From: Bacteroidia bacterium
GTDB taxonomy: Bacteria; Bacteroidota; Bacteroidia; NS11-12g; UBA9320
DNA: 64,000 nt
Direction of reading: 5' to 3'
NCBI GenBank assembly: GCA_049115575.1
Contig: JAGDZU010000004.1
Location: forward strand, 83,094-147,093
This document shows, one piece after another, positions 1-9,811 of the stretch; position 1 is the stretch's first letter, and each line of letters starts with the position of its first letter. The notes beneath the pieces are model-generated. The model searched no databases. It had not been told where the DNA came from and worked only from the letters and a program-made list of their open reading frames with translations. The translations under genes and the position numbers were made by a program.

Positions 1-1006
1 CATGCATACTTCCACTTGTACCATATGCATTAAAGAACTGTATAACTATCAGGTACAGGAAACTCAATAACACTCCAACACCCAAACTTAGCCCTATACC
101 ACCTCTTGATTTTCTGGCAGACACACTTACACCAATAATGGTAAGAATAATTATGGCAAACGGAGATGCAAATCGCTTGTATTTTTCGGTGACATAAAAA
201 AAAGTATTGCCAGTTCCTCTCATATCTTCCATAGCTATCATCTCATCTAATTCCCTCATATTATACATTTGAATGTCGTCCATCTTTTTGAAAAAATCCT
301 CGGGATTGAACTGTATCATGGTGTCTAAAGTCTTACCTTTTGTGAGATACTCCTTTCCTTGATTAAATTCTCTAATCCAGTAGTTCTTTATTTGCCAACT
401 TTGAGATTCGCTATTCCAAACCATCTTCTCAGCTCCTAATTTCGATACAATTTCTCCATCTTCTAAGCGCTCCATATTCAATTGATAACCAAAACTATCT
501 CTGAGATTAAAGGTCTCCAATGTCATAATTACACCTGGCCTTATCTGTCTTTTGATATACTGCTTAGAATAGTTCTCCCTTTCCCTTATATACTCATTTT
601 CAAAAACAACCCTAGTTTTATCCGCTTTTGGAATAATCCATGCATAAAGACTAAATGACAAAAAGGCCAAGAAAGTTGCCGTAATAACGTAAGGGACTAG
701 CAACCTTAAGAATGAGACACCACTTGCCATGATGGCAACAATCTCTGATTTCTGTGCCATTTTGGATGTAAAGAAAATGACCGCTATAAACACAAATACA
801 GGGCTGAATAAATTGAGTAAGAAAGGAATCCAATTCACATAATAACTCAATATGATAGCCTTAAAAGGAGCATCGTGTTCAATAAAATCGTCAATCTTCT
901 CAGCGAGATCAAAGACGATAATAATAATAGTAAAAAGACCAAGAGCTAAAAGGAATGCTCCTAAGAACCGCTTAATGATATAGTAATCAAGCTTGGTCAG
1001 TTTCAC
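1..1006 (-). CDS. LptF/LptG family LPS export permease (3' end runs off the window)
   Basis: Not in the ORF track; read manually. GTG at 1006 gives MKLTKLDYYIIKRFLGAFLLALGLFTIIIIVFDLAEKIDDFIE..., the typical LptF/G N-terminus. It follows tgt, as is usual in Bacteroidota. Confidence 0.85.
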   Translation of the reverse strand, partial: MKLTKLDYYIIKRFLGAFLLALGLFTIIIIVFDLAEKIDDFIEHDAPFKAIILSYYVNWIPFLLNLFSPVFVFIAVIFFTSKMAQKSEIVAIMASGVSFLRLLVPYVITATFLAFLSFSLYAWIIPKADKTRVVFENEYIRERENYSKQYIKRQIRPGVIMTLETFNLRDSFGYQLNMERLEDGEIVSKLGAEKMVWNSESQSWQIKNYWIREFNQGKEYLTKGKTLDTMIQFNPEDFFKKMDDIQMYNMRELDEMIAMEDMRGTGNTFFYVTEKYKRFASPFAIIILTIIGVSVSARKSRGGIGLSLGVGVLLSFLYLIVIQFFNAYGTSGSMH

Positions 1007-1008
1007 TT

Positions 1009-1365
1009 CTAATAATTGCTTGGTTTAATCTTTTTAATAGCTAAAGCCAAAAGATGATTGATGTCCATACTTTCTTTAAGAATTGGATCTATAATTTGAT
1101 CTTCCAAGTATCCTTCATCCTTTACCATTTCTAGCCAATATTGGCAGGCATCTGCAGATTGCTTAGCTTCATTCATGTTTTGCAGGAATAAAGTTTGCAC
1201 TTGAGTGCTCATCACCCCTTTAGCGCCTATAGCCATTTTGGATGAAGTATCTATCAAATGAGACCTTATTATTATAGCTATGGCTTGGTCTGCCGGAAGC
1301 ACAAGAGCAATCTTCATACAAGCTTTACTCAGAGTTTTAGCCCTTTTATATAAATCGTCAATCAT
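1009..1365 (-). CDS. Four-helix-bundle protein (23S rRNA IVP / bAvd-like family), divergent
   Basis: 118 aa with ...AKQSADACQYWLEMVKDEGYL...ILKESMDINHLL, resembling the 'E.DET.YWLELL...YI' pattern of this family. Confidence 0.6.
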   Translation of the reverse strand: MIDDLYKRAKTLSKACMKIALVLPADQAIAIIIRSHLIDTSSKMAIGAKGVMSTQVQTLFLQNMNEAKQSADACQYWLEMVKDEGYLEDQIIDPILKESMDINHLLALAIKKIKPSNY

Positions 1366-2480
1366 AATCTTTTTTGTAACTTAGGAATGAGCTCATCTTT
1401 CCAACTCCCAAAGGTACCCATCTCAATTTGTTTTCTAGCCTCTCTTACCAACCACATATAGAACTTCAAATTGTGTTCACTTGCAATTTGTCCTCCAAGG
1501 TATTCTCCAGCTTTCATTAAATGCTTCACGTAGGCCTTGCTGTATTCAGGGCTGAGTTCTTCATCTACAGGACTGAAATCATTGGACCATTTTTGATTCC
1601 TTAAGTTGATAGTTCCATTCTTTGTGAACAACATGGCATTTCTAGCATTTCTTGTTGGCATTACACAATCGAACATATCTATTCCTCTACTAATGCATTC
1701 CAATATATTAGCAGGGGTTCCAACACCCATTAAATAGCGAGCTTTAGTCTTGGGAATTATGTCGCAAAGCTCCGCAGTAATTCTATACATATCTTCATGT
1801 GGTTCACCCACTGAAAGTCCGCCTATAGCAATTCCAGCAGTGTCTTTAGAGATACAGTATTCTGCAGATTGTCTGCGTAAATCTGAATAAACACTACCTT
1901 GAATAATTGGGAAGAATTCTTGGTGATGACCGTAGAGGGAATCAGTACCCTTGAACTGATCAATACACCTATCTAGCCATCTATGTGTGATGTGCATTGA
2001 GTTCTCCGCATATTCTTTAGTGGTGGGATAAGGGGTACATTCATCAAATGCCATAATGATATCTGCTCCAATCTGTCTCTGAACATCTATAACCGACTCT
2101 GGGCTGAACATGATTTTACTACCGTCTATATGGCTTTTGAAAATCACACCTTCCTCTACAATTTTTCGTTGATCTGAAATGGAATAAACTTGAAATCCAC
2201 CGGAATCTGTAAGAATGGGTCTCTCCCAACTCATGAATTTGTGCAGTCCTCCGGCATTCTGAATTATTTCAGTTCCAGGCCTTAAATACAAATGATAAGT
2301 ATTGCCCAATATGATTTCAGCGTTGATTTCATTTCTGAGCCTATCTTGTGCAACCGCTTTCACAGTAGCCTGAGTTCCCACAGGCATAAAAATGGGTGTT
2401 TGTATATCCCCATGATCGGTTTTGATAACACCGGTTCGTGCCTGACTACCCTTGTCTTGCTGTTGTAATTGAAAAAACAC
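1362..2480 (-). CDS. tgt: tRNA-guanine transglycosylase (queuine tRNA-ribosyltransferase)
   Basis: Motifs TPIFMPVGT, LGNTYHLYLRPG, ILTDSGGFQV, MAFDEC, GGLSVGE, YLMGVG and FDCVMPTRNARN. Confidence 0.98.
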   Translation of the reverse strand: MFFQLQQQDKGSQARTGVIKTDHGDIQTPIFMPVGTQATVKAVAQDRLRNEINAEIILGNTYHLYLRPGTEIIQNAGGLHKFMSWERPILTDSGGFQVYSISDQRKIVEEGVIFKSHIDGSKIMFSPESVIDVQRQIGADIIMAFDECTPYPTTKEYAENSMHITHRWLDRCIDQFKGTDSLYGHHQEFFPIIQGSVYSDLRRQSAEYCISKDTAGIAIGGLSVGEPHEDMYRITAELCDIIPKTKARYLMGVGTPANILECISRGIDMFDCVMPTRNARNAMLFTKNGTINLRNQKWSNDFSPVDEELSPEYSKAYVKHLMKAGEYLGGQIASEHNLKFYMWLVREARKQIEMGTFGSWKDELIPKLQKRL

Positions 2481-3175
2481 TAATTAAAAACAATGCTAAA
2501 CTGCAATAATCTTGGAGCTAGCCTTTCAATACTGCTTGAGAAGATAAAATCATCAGATGCCATATGATTGCCTATTGCATTTGTGAGTCTAATCTCAGGT
2601 GAAATTTTTGAAAATGTGGCATAGAAGTCGAATCCAAATCCAATATCATATGAAAAAGTATTTGGGTAAAGAGCTACCACTGGTTTGGTGTTAGACCTGT
2701 CTACCTCAATTTGGGAAATGAAATCATATCTGTAACTCATACCCGCTATACCATACAACCTCCAATTCTTATGTCTTTTGGATTTATATTTTAGCAATAA
2801 AGGAAATTCTGCATATGTAGATTCCATCTTTGCTGTAACAACCTGATCTCCTTTAAAGTAATAATCCAGATTACGCTGAACCAATTGAATATTAATCATG
2901 GCTCTCAAGTCAAGATTTTCTGCAAGTCTGAAGTTAGCCAATCCACCAAGACCTAATCCTGGAAAACTCACTGAATTAATTCTTTGTAAAGTATCTGAAA
3001 GTTTAAATGACTCACTAGTAGTGAATTTCACTTTTGCGCTAATCCCAGAAATATTGAATCCAAATCGCACCGCTTTGTTATCATAAAGCGGATTGTGCTC
3101 CTGTGCAGAAGCATAAGCACTCATTAAAATCAATATGAGTACTATACCTATTTTCTTGCGCTGTAAATTGAGCAT
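2480..3175 (-). CDS. porT: Type IX secretion system outer-membrane beta-barrel protein PorT/SprT
   Basis: Signal peptide, YDNKAVRFGF, ESTYAEFPLLLKYKSKR, GFGFDFY..FSKISPEIR and a terminal aromatic residue. It lies downstream of menG/ubiE, as in Bacteroidota. The exact start is uncertain. Confidence 0.8.
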   Translation of the reverse strand: MLNLQRKKIGIVLILILMSAYASAQEHNPLYDNKAVRFGFNISGISAKVKFTTSESFKLSDTLQRINSVSFPGLGLGGLANFRLAENLDLRAMINIQLVQRNLDYYFKGDQVVTAKMESTYAEFPLLLKYKSKRHKNWRLYGIAGMSYRYDFISQIEVDRSNTKPVVALYPNTFSYDIGFGFDFYATFSKISPEIRLTNAIGNHMASDDFIFSSSIERLAPRLLQFSIVFN

Positions 3176-3867
3176 ATGCCAAATGTTAAACGGCGGTCCT
3201 TAACGTTCTGGTATCCACAGTTTTGCATGATTTCTTTAAACTCTTCTCCCTCTGGAAACACTTTCACAGATTCTGGTAAGTAAGTATAAGCCGAATTATC
3301 TCCTGACATCAACTTGCCCCACAAAGGTAAAACTACATTGAAATAGAACGCATATACAAGGGAAAACAAACCTCTAGGTTTGGAAAATTCCAATACACAA
3401 ATCTTACCTCCTGGTCTCAAAACTCGGTTCATTTCTGTAAGCCCTTTCTCAAGATTTTCAAAATTTCTCACACCAAAACCAACCACAATAGCATCGAAGT
3501 AGTTGTCTTCAAATCTCAAGTTTTCACTATCTCCCTCTTCTAAATGAATATTGTTTATTCCCCTTTTCTGAAGTTTCCCTTTGCCCTTTTCCAGCATACC
3601 AACCGAAATATCTACACCGATGACTTCATCCGGATTGAGTTTTAAAGTCTCAATTGCAAAATCTGCCGTTCCTGTTGCCACGTCCAAAATGCGCTTGGGT
3701 TCTACTTCTCTCAGCATTTTTACAGCCTTCTTGCGCCACCCTTTATCTATACCCATAGATAAGAATCGATTCAAGAAATCATAACGGTGTGCTATATTAT
3801 CAAACATAGAGCGTACCTGCTCTTTTTTTGAATCGGTGCTGTTATATGGATTAACTTTGTTGCTCAT
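3148..3867 (-). CDS. menG: Demethylmenaquinone methyltransferase (UbiE/MenG)
   Basis: KKEQVRSMFDNIAHRYDFLN, ILDVATGTAD, GFGVRNFEN, AYTYLPESV. Start moved to ATG 3867 (MSNKVNPY) to avoid overlap with engB. Confidence 0.95.
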   Translation of the reverse strand: MSNKVNPYNSTDSKKEQVRSMFDNIAHRYDFLNRFLSMGIDKGWRKKAVKMLREVEPKRILDVATGTADFAIETLKLNPDEVIGVDISVGMLEKGKGKLQKRGINNIHLEEGDSENLRFEDNYFDAIVVGFGVRNFENLEKGLTEMNRVLRPGGKICVLEFSKPRGLFSLVYAFYFNVVLPLWGKLMSGDNSAYTYLPESVKVFPEGEEFKEIMQNCGYQNVKDRRLTFGICSIYSARK

Positions 3868-3884
3868 TTTAGAGGGCTGCAAAT

Positions 3885-4487
3885 ATGCCATTGGAGTTTA
3901 AGAAGGCAAAATTTATAAGAAGTTATGGTTCCGTTGAACAAATTAAGAACAGCGGAAGAGCAGAGTTTGCTTTTATTGGGCGTTCAAATGTTGGAAAATC
4001 ATCCTTGATTAATGCACTTTGTTCCAATAAAAATCTGGCTAAAACCTCCTCTGTACCTGGGAAAACACAACTCATTAACTTCTTTGAAGTTGAAGAGAAA
4101 ATTTATCTGGTTGATCTTCCGGGATATGGATATGCCAAAGTCTCTAAAAAATTAAGAGAACAATTCGAAGGCATTATTTCCGAGTACTTAATAAAAAGCC
4201 AGAATCTTTATGTGGTTTTTGTATTAGTAGATGCTTCCATTCCTCCTCAAAAGATTGATTTAGACTTCATAAACTGGTGTGGCAAGTTCAAAGTACCCAT
4301 TGCTGTGGTTTTTACTAAAACAGATAAGAAAAAAGGAAAACAGGTTGAGAGCAATATCAGCAAGTTTGAACAAGCCTTATCTTTGAGCTGGGAAGAAATT
4401 CCTGTTGAGTTCTTCACCTCGAGTACAAAAAAAGAAGGTCTGGAAGAAATTCAGCAGTGGATAGTAGAAAGTTTAGAGCATGCATGA
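3885..4487 (+). CDS. engB: Ribosome biogenesis GTPase YihA/YsxC
   Basis: G1 GRSNVGKSS, PGKT, DLPGYGYAK and G4 TKTD. Confidence 0.96.
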   Translation: MPLEFKKAKFIRSYGSVEQIKNSGRAEFAFIGRSNVGKSSLINALCSNKNLAKTSSVPGKTQLINFFEVEEKIYLVDLPGYGYAKVSKKLREQFEGIISEYLIKSQNLYVVFVLVDASIPPQKIDLDFINWCGKFKVPIAVVFTKTDKKKGKQVESNISKFEQALSLSWEEIPVEFFTSSTKKEGLEEIQQWIVESLEHA

Positions 4488-5370
4488 TCACGAACATCCT
4501 CACCAACATCATCAGGACATTAAAAACCTGAGGATTGCTTTTTTCCTAAATCTCCTATTTACCATTATAGAATTTGTAGGCGGTTTGCTTACAAATAGCT
4601 TGGCCATACTATCCGATGCTTTGCACGATTTGGGTGATAGCTTTTCCTTGGGACTAGCTTGGTATTTCCAAAAGATCTCAAAAAAGGGAAGAACAACTAA
4701 CTTCACATACGGATTTAGAAGATTTTCTCTATTGGGAGCCATTATTAACAGTATTATTCTGGTAAGTGGTTCTGTTTTCATTATATCTAAAGCAATTCCA
4801 AGACTGGTTCATGTAGAAGAAGCAGACCCCAAGGGAATGATGATATTGGCCGTACTTGGTATTATTGTGAATGGAGCGGCTGTTCTAAGATTAAGGGGAG
4901 GAAAATCTCAAAACGAAAAGGTGGTGAGTTTGCATCTTATGGAAGATGTTCTAGGTTGGATAGCCGTTCTCATAGGTTCTATTGTCATTTATTTTACTGA
5001 ATGGTACATTATTGACCCTATACTCAGTTTAATGATCGCCCTTTATATTCTTGTCAATGTGATCAAGAATCTCAAAAAGTCACTAAAAATTTTACTACAG
5101 GCCATACCAGAAGGAATAGAGTATGATCAAATCGGTGAACGAATTCAAAATGTCCCCGGTGTAGAACAATATCACGATTTACATATTTGGAGTCTAGATG
5201 GAGATAAAAACATTCTTACTGTTCATCTGGTACTGAATACTACTGAACCGGAAAAAGTGATTCTTATAAAACAAGCAGTTAAACAGGCCATGAAAGAGAT
5301 GGATATCGTTCATTGTACGCTGGAAATTGAACTCCTAGACGAGGACTGCGTTGACAACGACAATGACTAA
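4480..5370 (+). CDS. czcD: Cation diffusion facilitator (CzcD/ZitB-type Zn/Co/Cd exporter)
   Basis: His-rich N-terminus, SLAILSDALHD, TYGFRR, LHLMEDVLG, HDLHIWSL. Confidence 0.9.
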   Translation: MHDHEHPHQHHQDIKNLRIAFFLNLLFTIIEFVGGLLTNSLAILSDALHDLGDSFSLGLAWYFQKISKKGRTTNFTYGFRRFSLLGAIINSIILVSGSVFIISKAIPRLVHVEEADPKGMMILAVLGIIVNGAAVLRLRGGKSQNEKVVSLHLMEDVLGWIAVLIGSIVIYFTEWYIIDPILSLMIALYILVNVIKNLKKSLKILLQAIPEGIEYDQIGERIQNVPGVEQYHDLHIWSLDGDKNILTVHLVLNTTEPEKVILIKQAVKQAMKEMDIVHCTLEIELLDEDCVDNDND

Positions 5371-7776
5371 TTACTGTATTATCAGCTTTCGACTCTCATA
5401 AGCCAAATCGTCGTGGCTTAGACCAATAAAGTATGTGCCAGGTGCAAGTGAAGCTACATCAATAGTTAATCCTTCTTTTTTGCTTTTAAACTTCTTTGTC
5501 AGAACTACCTTGCCTTCGGAGTTGGTGATTTCTACCATACAGCATGGATGTTCGCCTTCAAATTCCAAATGAATCTCTGTACTCGCGGGATTTGGATAGA
5601 GCTTGTACTCCAAATTAATGGGTTCCGGACTTGTGTTAGTAAGCAAGCTTTGGTCATACATACCAAAGGTGTATTGGCCTTTCTTGAGGTCTGAAACTAC
5701 AACGGTTCCCAACTTATTGAATACTGAACCCATGTTCTTTACGTAGTCTGGATGAATTTGCCAATCGCTTATAGCATTAGGTCTATATAATAACACTAAA
5801 CTGTCTTCCGTAATTCTAATTAATTGGTTATCTAAATACCCATTTTGAGGAGCAGAGCTAGGTTGCAAGCCATTATATTCAAATGTTCCTTCAACTTTGA
5901 AATCCGCAGGCCATACCCCGTCAACAGTCCAATATCTCTCCTTGCTCATAGCCAATCCTTCAATTTTGTTAAAATAGTGATCTGGACTGACCCAGTGGTG
6001 TTCTACTCTAAATAAGGCTGAATCGGATGCCGAAGTAACTGTACCTTCAAACAAGGCTTGCTCAAAGTTTATCTGATCTGATTGCTTAACGAACGCCCAT
6101 TCATCTGTAATCGCATCGCTGATCCTTTCATTGAAATCCAAAGCCCAATACACTGGGATAAAGGGAATCTCTGATTTGTCTATGGTCATGAGGTAATCTG
6201 ATCCATCAGTAATAGTTTGTATGGTGACTGACTCAAAATCAGATGAAAATGCAGTAATATCATATACTACATCTTCATAGGTAATGCTGTTAAATCTCTG
6301 GTTCTGTTTTATTCTTATTTGATATGCGTTTGCATCTTGTTCCACAGACACAATATAGAATTGAGCAAATCCAGCTGTTTTAATCCACTGTTCAAAAAAT
6401 TTATCTAGAGAGATAGAGGTGAATTGCTGAAAGTGGTCCCTCATATCCTCCGTGCTAACATCTTTGAACTTAAAGTCCTTTTGGAAACTTGCACAGGCTT
6501 TGAAAAAGGCGCTATCACCCATAAAACCTCTCAATGTATGCACCATATCAGCTCCTTTGTCGTAGACATGCATTCCATAGGTGTTAGCATGACCAATTCC
6601 ACTTACTGGTAGGGTTTGACCATCTCTTAAATGAGCGTAGTGTACTACAGCCTTGTGATTGGATCTAATATCATCTTTATAAGCTTCTTTTCCATATACT
6701 GCTTCAAGAAAAACACGCTCGGAGAATGAAGCCCATCCCTCATTAATCCACATATCTTCTTGAGTTCTGCAGGTTACCGTATTACCCCACCAATGGTGAG
6801 CCAATTCATGAGCAAAAAGGGTTTCATAATTCTTGGAGCCTCCTGCTATACCAAAACGCGGATATGCAATATTGGTAGCATGTTCCATTGCACCACCATT
6901 AAAGGGAACCATATTAAAACCTATGCGCTCAAAACTATGTTCTCCATACTGCTTAACAAAAGCTCGAATACAGTCAGGTAAATTTTCAAAACTTTGCTTC
7001 ATATTGCTTGTGTCTGATGCCACAGAAGCCAACAAAACTGGGGTCCCGTCTACGTTGTACTCAATCATTTCATAAGGAGCAATAGCTACAGAAACAAGAT
7101 AGGTGGGAATAGGGTCTCTCATTTCCCAACTATAAATAGTTTCGCCCCCAATTACTGGGATAACTCCAATAAGGCTTCCATTGCATAAAGCAACATCTCC
7201 ACTATCCACCACTATGTTAAAATTGTATAAGGCTCTATCGGTAAAATTATCAAAGCATGGATACCAGGCTCTTCCAAAATTATGCGGGTCGGCCGCAAAA
7301 CCCACACCTAGATTAAAAGCATAATCTCCATTGAAATAAAAACCTCCCCAGCTAGCGTCTTTAGCCGGATTGCCTCTATAAGCTATCTCCAATAAAAAAG
7401 TATCTCCAACAGCCACGGCAGATACATCACTGTACACGGCATCTCCATTTTGGCTGAAGCTCACAGTATCTAAGTGATTTATAACTGCATACTCTACATT
7501 AAAACCGATGAGGTCCAATTCTATCTGATCTGATGCTTCTTTTTTATGGATCTTAAGTACCGTAACCGCATCCATGTCTTTCTCCGTTCTATAAGAGGTG
7601 AAATCCGCATTTATGAAGTATTCAAGTATATCAAAGCTGTCATTTCGCTCATCGTTAATGGCAGCAGATGAGCTCAAGTGCTTAGAATGCATCTCTTGAC
7701 AAAACTTTTGAGCTGTACAATTTAGACTACCCAAAATCACCAATATTGACATTAATCCAAGTTTCATTGCCTTCAT
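5371..7776 (-). CDS. Secreted M1 family zinc aminopeptidase with T9SS C-terminal sorting domain
   Basis: GAMEH exopeptidase motif, HELAHHWWG...WINEGWA (HExxH-18-E), VYDKGA, and CTD LYPNPAS...GTYF...KLIIQ. The likely start is ATG 7776 (MKAMKL signal peptide). Confidence 0.9.
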   Translation of the reverse strand: MKAMKLGLMSILVILGSLNCTAQKFCQEMHSKHLSSSAAINDERNDSFDILEYFINADFTSYRTEKDMDAVTVLKIHKKEASDQIELDLIGFNVEYAVINHLDTVSFSQNGDAVYSDVSAVAVGDTFLLEIAYRGNPAKDASWGGFYFNGDYAFNLGVGFAADPHNFGRAWYPCFDNFTDRALYNFNIVVDSGDVALCNGSLIGVIPVIGGETIYSWEMRDPIPTYLVSVAIAPYEMIEYNVDGTPVLLASVASDTSNMKQSFENLPDCIRAFVKQYGEHSFERIGFNMVPFNGGAMEHATNIAYPRFGIAGGSKNYETLFAHELAHHWWGNTVTCRTQEDMWINEGWASFSERVFLEAVYGKEAYKDDIRSNHKAVVHYAHLRDGQTLPVSGIGHANTYGMHVYDKGADMVHTLRGFMGDSAFFKACASFQKDFKFKDVSTEDMRDHFQQFTSISLDKFFEQWIKTAGFAQFYIVSVEQDANAYQIRIKQNQRFNSITYEDVVYDITAFSSDFESVTIQTITDGSDYLMTIDKSEIPFIPVYWALDFNERISDAITDEWAFVKQSDQINFEQALFEGTVTSASDSALFRVEHHWVSPDHYFNKIEGLAMSKERYWTVDGVWPADFKVEGTFEYNGLQPSSAPQNGYLDNQLIRITEDSLVLLYRPNAISDWQIHPDYVKNMGSVFNKLGTVVVSDLKKGQYTFGMYDQSLLTNTSPEPINLEYKLYPNPASTEIHLEFEGEHPCCMVEITNSEGKVVLTKKFKSKKEGLTIDVASLAPGTYFIGLSHDDLAYESRKLIIQ

Positions 7777-7813
7777 AATCGCTAAATTCGTAAACGAATA
7801 TATTTTATTCACT

Positions 7814-9811
7814 ATGAAATACTTCAGAAAACTACTCAGCATTACCCTACTCATTTTGTCATGTCAATTTTCTTGGTCCCAAAATTGGGCTAACGAAAGA
7901 ACGGTGCAAGTACGCGCAGAAGTACAAAGCTCCCCAGCGGAAATAACCTTGCACTGGGAAGCCTCTACTTATGCAACTTCATATTCCATATTCAGAAGGC
8001 TTGTAGGCGAAACGGATTGGAAAAATACCATAGTTACTTTAACCGCAACAGATAGCACTTGGACAGATAATAATGTAAGCACCAACGTTGCTTACGAATA
8101 CTTGATTCAAAGAGAAACCAATCTCACCGAACCTTTTGGTGGAGGTGAAGACATGGTTACCAATTCTACCCTTATTTCAGGAATAGAAATAGCCACGCAA
8201 CACCAACGAGGTAAAGTGTTACTATTAATTGATGAGGAATTAGCAGACTCAATATCCCCAGAGCTTCACGAATTGAGAATGGATCTTATAGGTGACGGAT
8301 GGGAATCAATCGTAGTGGAAATAGCAGATACCGCAACTGCAATACAGGTAAAAGATATCATTGACAATACTGCAGATATTGATGTGGTTTATATACTCGG
8401 AAATGTAGTATACCCATATAGCGGAATTTATTGCAGACCTGGTGTGAACTACGAAACCCCTCCAGATGGACATAAAGAAGATGCAGGCGGGCATTGCGGA
8501 GCATGGATAGCAGATGTTTATTACGGATCTATAGACAGCGGATGGACTGACTCGGATTCACTCATAAGTTGGGCAGTAAGAGAAGATAATAAGAATCGAA
8601 TTGGTGATGGCAAGTTTGACAATATGCAAATTCCAAGCAAAGTGGTCATACAAGTTGGGAGAACTGATTTGAGCAGATTGCCAACTATTGGTGGCACAGA
8701 AATAAGCAGAATGAAAGCCTATTTGGCTAAAGTTCACAACTATAAAATCGATGCTACACCAATGTTAAGAGAAGCGGTGATGGAAAATAATTTCTCTGGT
8801 TCTCGAGAGGGATTCTCTGCAGGTGCCATTCGAGACTTCTACAATCACTTGGGACCTGGTAAAACCACTCATGCTGATCTTTTTACAACTACTGCAGGAA
8901 ACAACTACCTATTCAGTTATGTAACGGGGCCTGGTTCATATACCAGTTGTGGTGGAGTTGGCAATACCGCTAGCTTCGTTAGCAGCAATCCAGGCATGTT
9001 TGCACATATGTTCGGTAGTTATTTTGGAGATGTAGATATTAATAACAATATGTTGAGAGCAAGTCTTGCGGCACAGCAAGGTGGCTTGGTGGCATTTTGG
9101 AGTGGGAGACCAAAATGGTTAACTCATGGTTTGGCTCTTGGAGAAAACATCGGTCTGTCGGCTGTTAGAACACAGAATAATGATTGGGACTACGATGTAA
9201 GTTTTTTCCAGAATTATGCTCATGTTAGTTTATTAGGAGACCCTACTTTGAGATCGAGCATGTTTGCTCCTCCAACCAACATAGTGGTAAGCATGAATAA
9301 TGACAGCACTCAAGTATACTTGGACTGGACAGCATCCACTGCATCTGATGTGATAGGCTATTATGTCTATTGGTCAAATGATCAACTCAGTGGCTACAAG
9401 CTCTTAAATCAAACACCTATTGCTGGAACTAGCTTTGCTCATTTTACCCCATTAGGAGACAATAACTATTATATGGTGAGAGCAGAACGATTGGAAACTA
9501 CAGCAAGTGGAAGCTATTACAATCTTAGTCAAGCCAGTCATGTTGAAGTCCAAGGTGTTAAAAGGACTGCAAGTGAAAAACAGTTCACAAAGCAAGAATT
9601 CAACCTATACCCTATTCCGGCACAAGACTTCATTTACTTCAGAACCAGCAGTAATGAAATATTAGACGGGCAGATTTATAATAAGCTTGGACAAGAAGTT
9701 CTCAAAGACATTCATATTGGTAATAACCTAAGACTAAATGTGAGCTCATTACCTGCAGGAGTTTATTTCTTAAAAAGCGCTACAACAGAACAACGGTTCA
9801 TAAAACTTTAA
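7814..9811 (+). CDS. Secreted protein with FN3-like domains, a peptidase C25 (gingipain)-like core and a T9SS CTD
   Basis: Signal peptide, VVYILGNV, ADVYYG, QVGRTD and LLGDPTL (C25-like segments), FN3-like LDWTAS...IGYYVY, and CTD LYPIPAQ...GVYFL. Confidence 0.6.
   Translation: MKYFRKLLSITLLILSCQFSWSQNWANERTVQVRAEVQSSPAEITLHWEASTYATSYSIFRRLVGETDWKNTIVTLTATDSTWTDNNVSTNVAYEYLIQRETNLTEPFGGGEDMVTNSTLISGIEIATQHQRGKVLLLIDEELADSISPELHELRMDLIGDGWESIVVEIADTATAIQVKDIIDNTADIDVVYILGNVVYPYSGIYCRPGVNYETPPDGHKEDAGGHCGAWIADVYYGSIDSGWTDSDSLISWAVREDNKNRIGDGKFDNMQIPSKVVIQVGRTDLSRLPTIGGTEISRMKAYLAKVHNYKIDATPMLREAVMENNFSGSREGFSAGAIRDFYNHLGPGKTTHADLFTTTAGNNYLFSYVTGPGSYTSCGGVGNTASFVSSNPGMFAHMFGSYFGDVDINNNMLRASLAAQQGGLVAFWSGRPKWLTHGLALGENIGLSAVRTQNNDWDYDVSFFQNYAHVSLLGDPTLRSSMFAPPTNIVVSMNNDSTQVYLDWTASTASDVIGYYVYWSNDQLSGYKLLNQTPIAGTSFAHFTPLGDNNYYMVRAERLETTASGSYYNLSQASHVEVQGVKRTASEKQFTKQEFNLYPIPAQDFIYFRTSSNEILDGQIYNKLGQEVLKDIHIGNNLRLNVSSLPAGVYFLKSATTEQRFIKL

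Noticed and set aside
7777-7854. N-terminal extension of the M1 peptidase ORF
   Set aside because: It overlaps the divergent gene, and the signal peptide starts at 7776.
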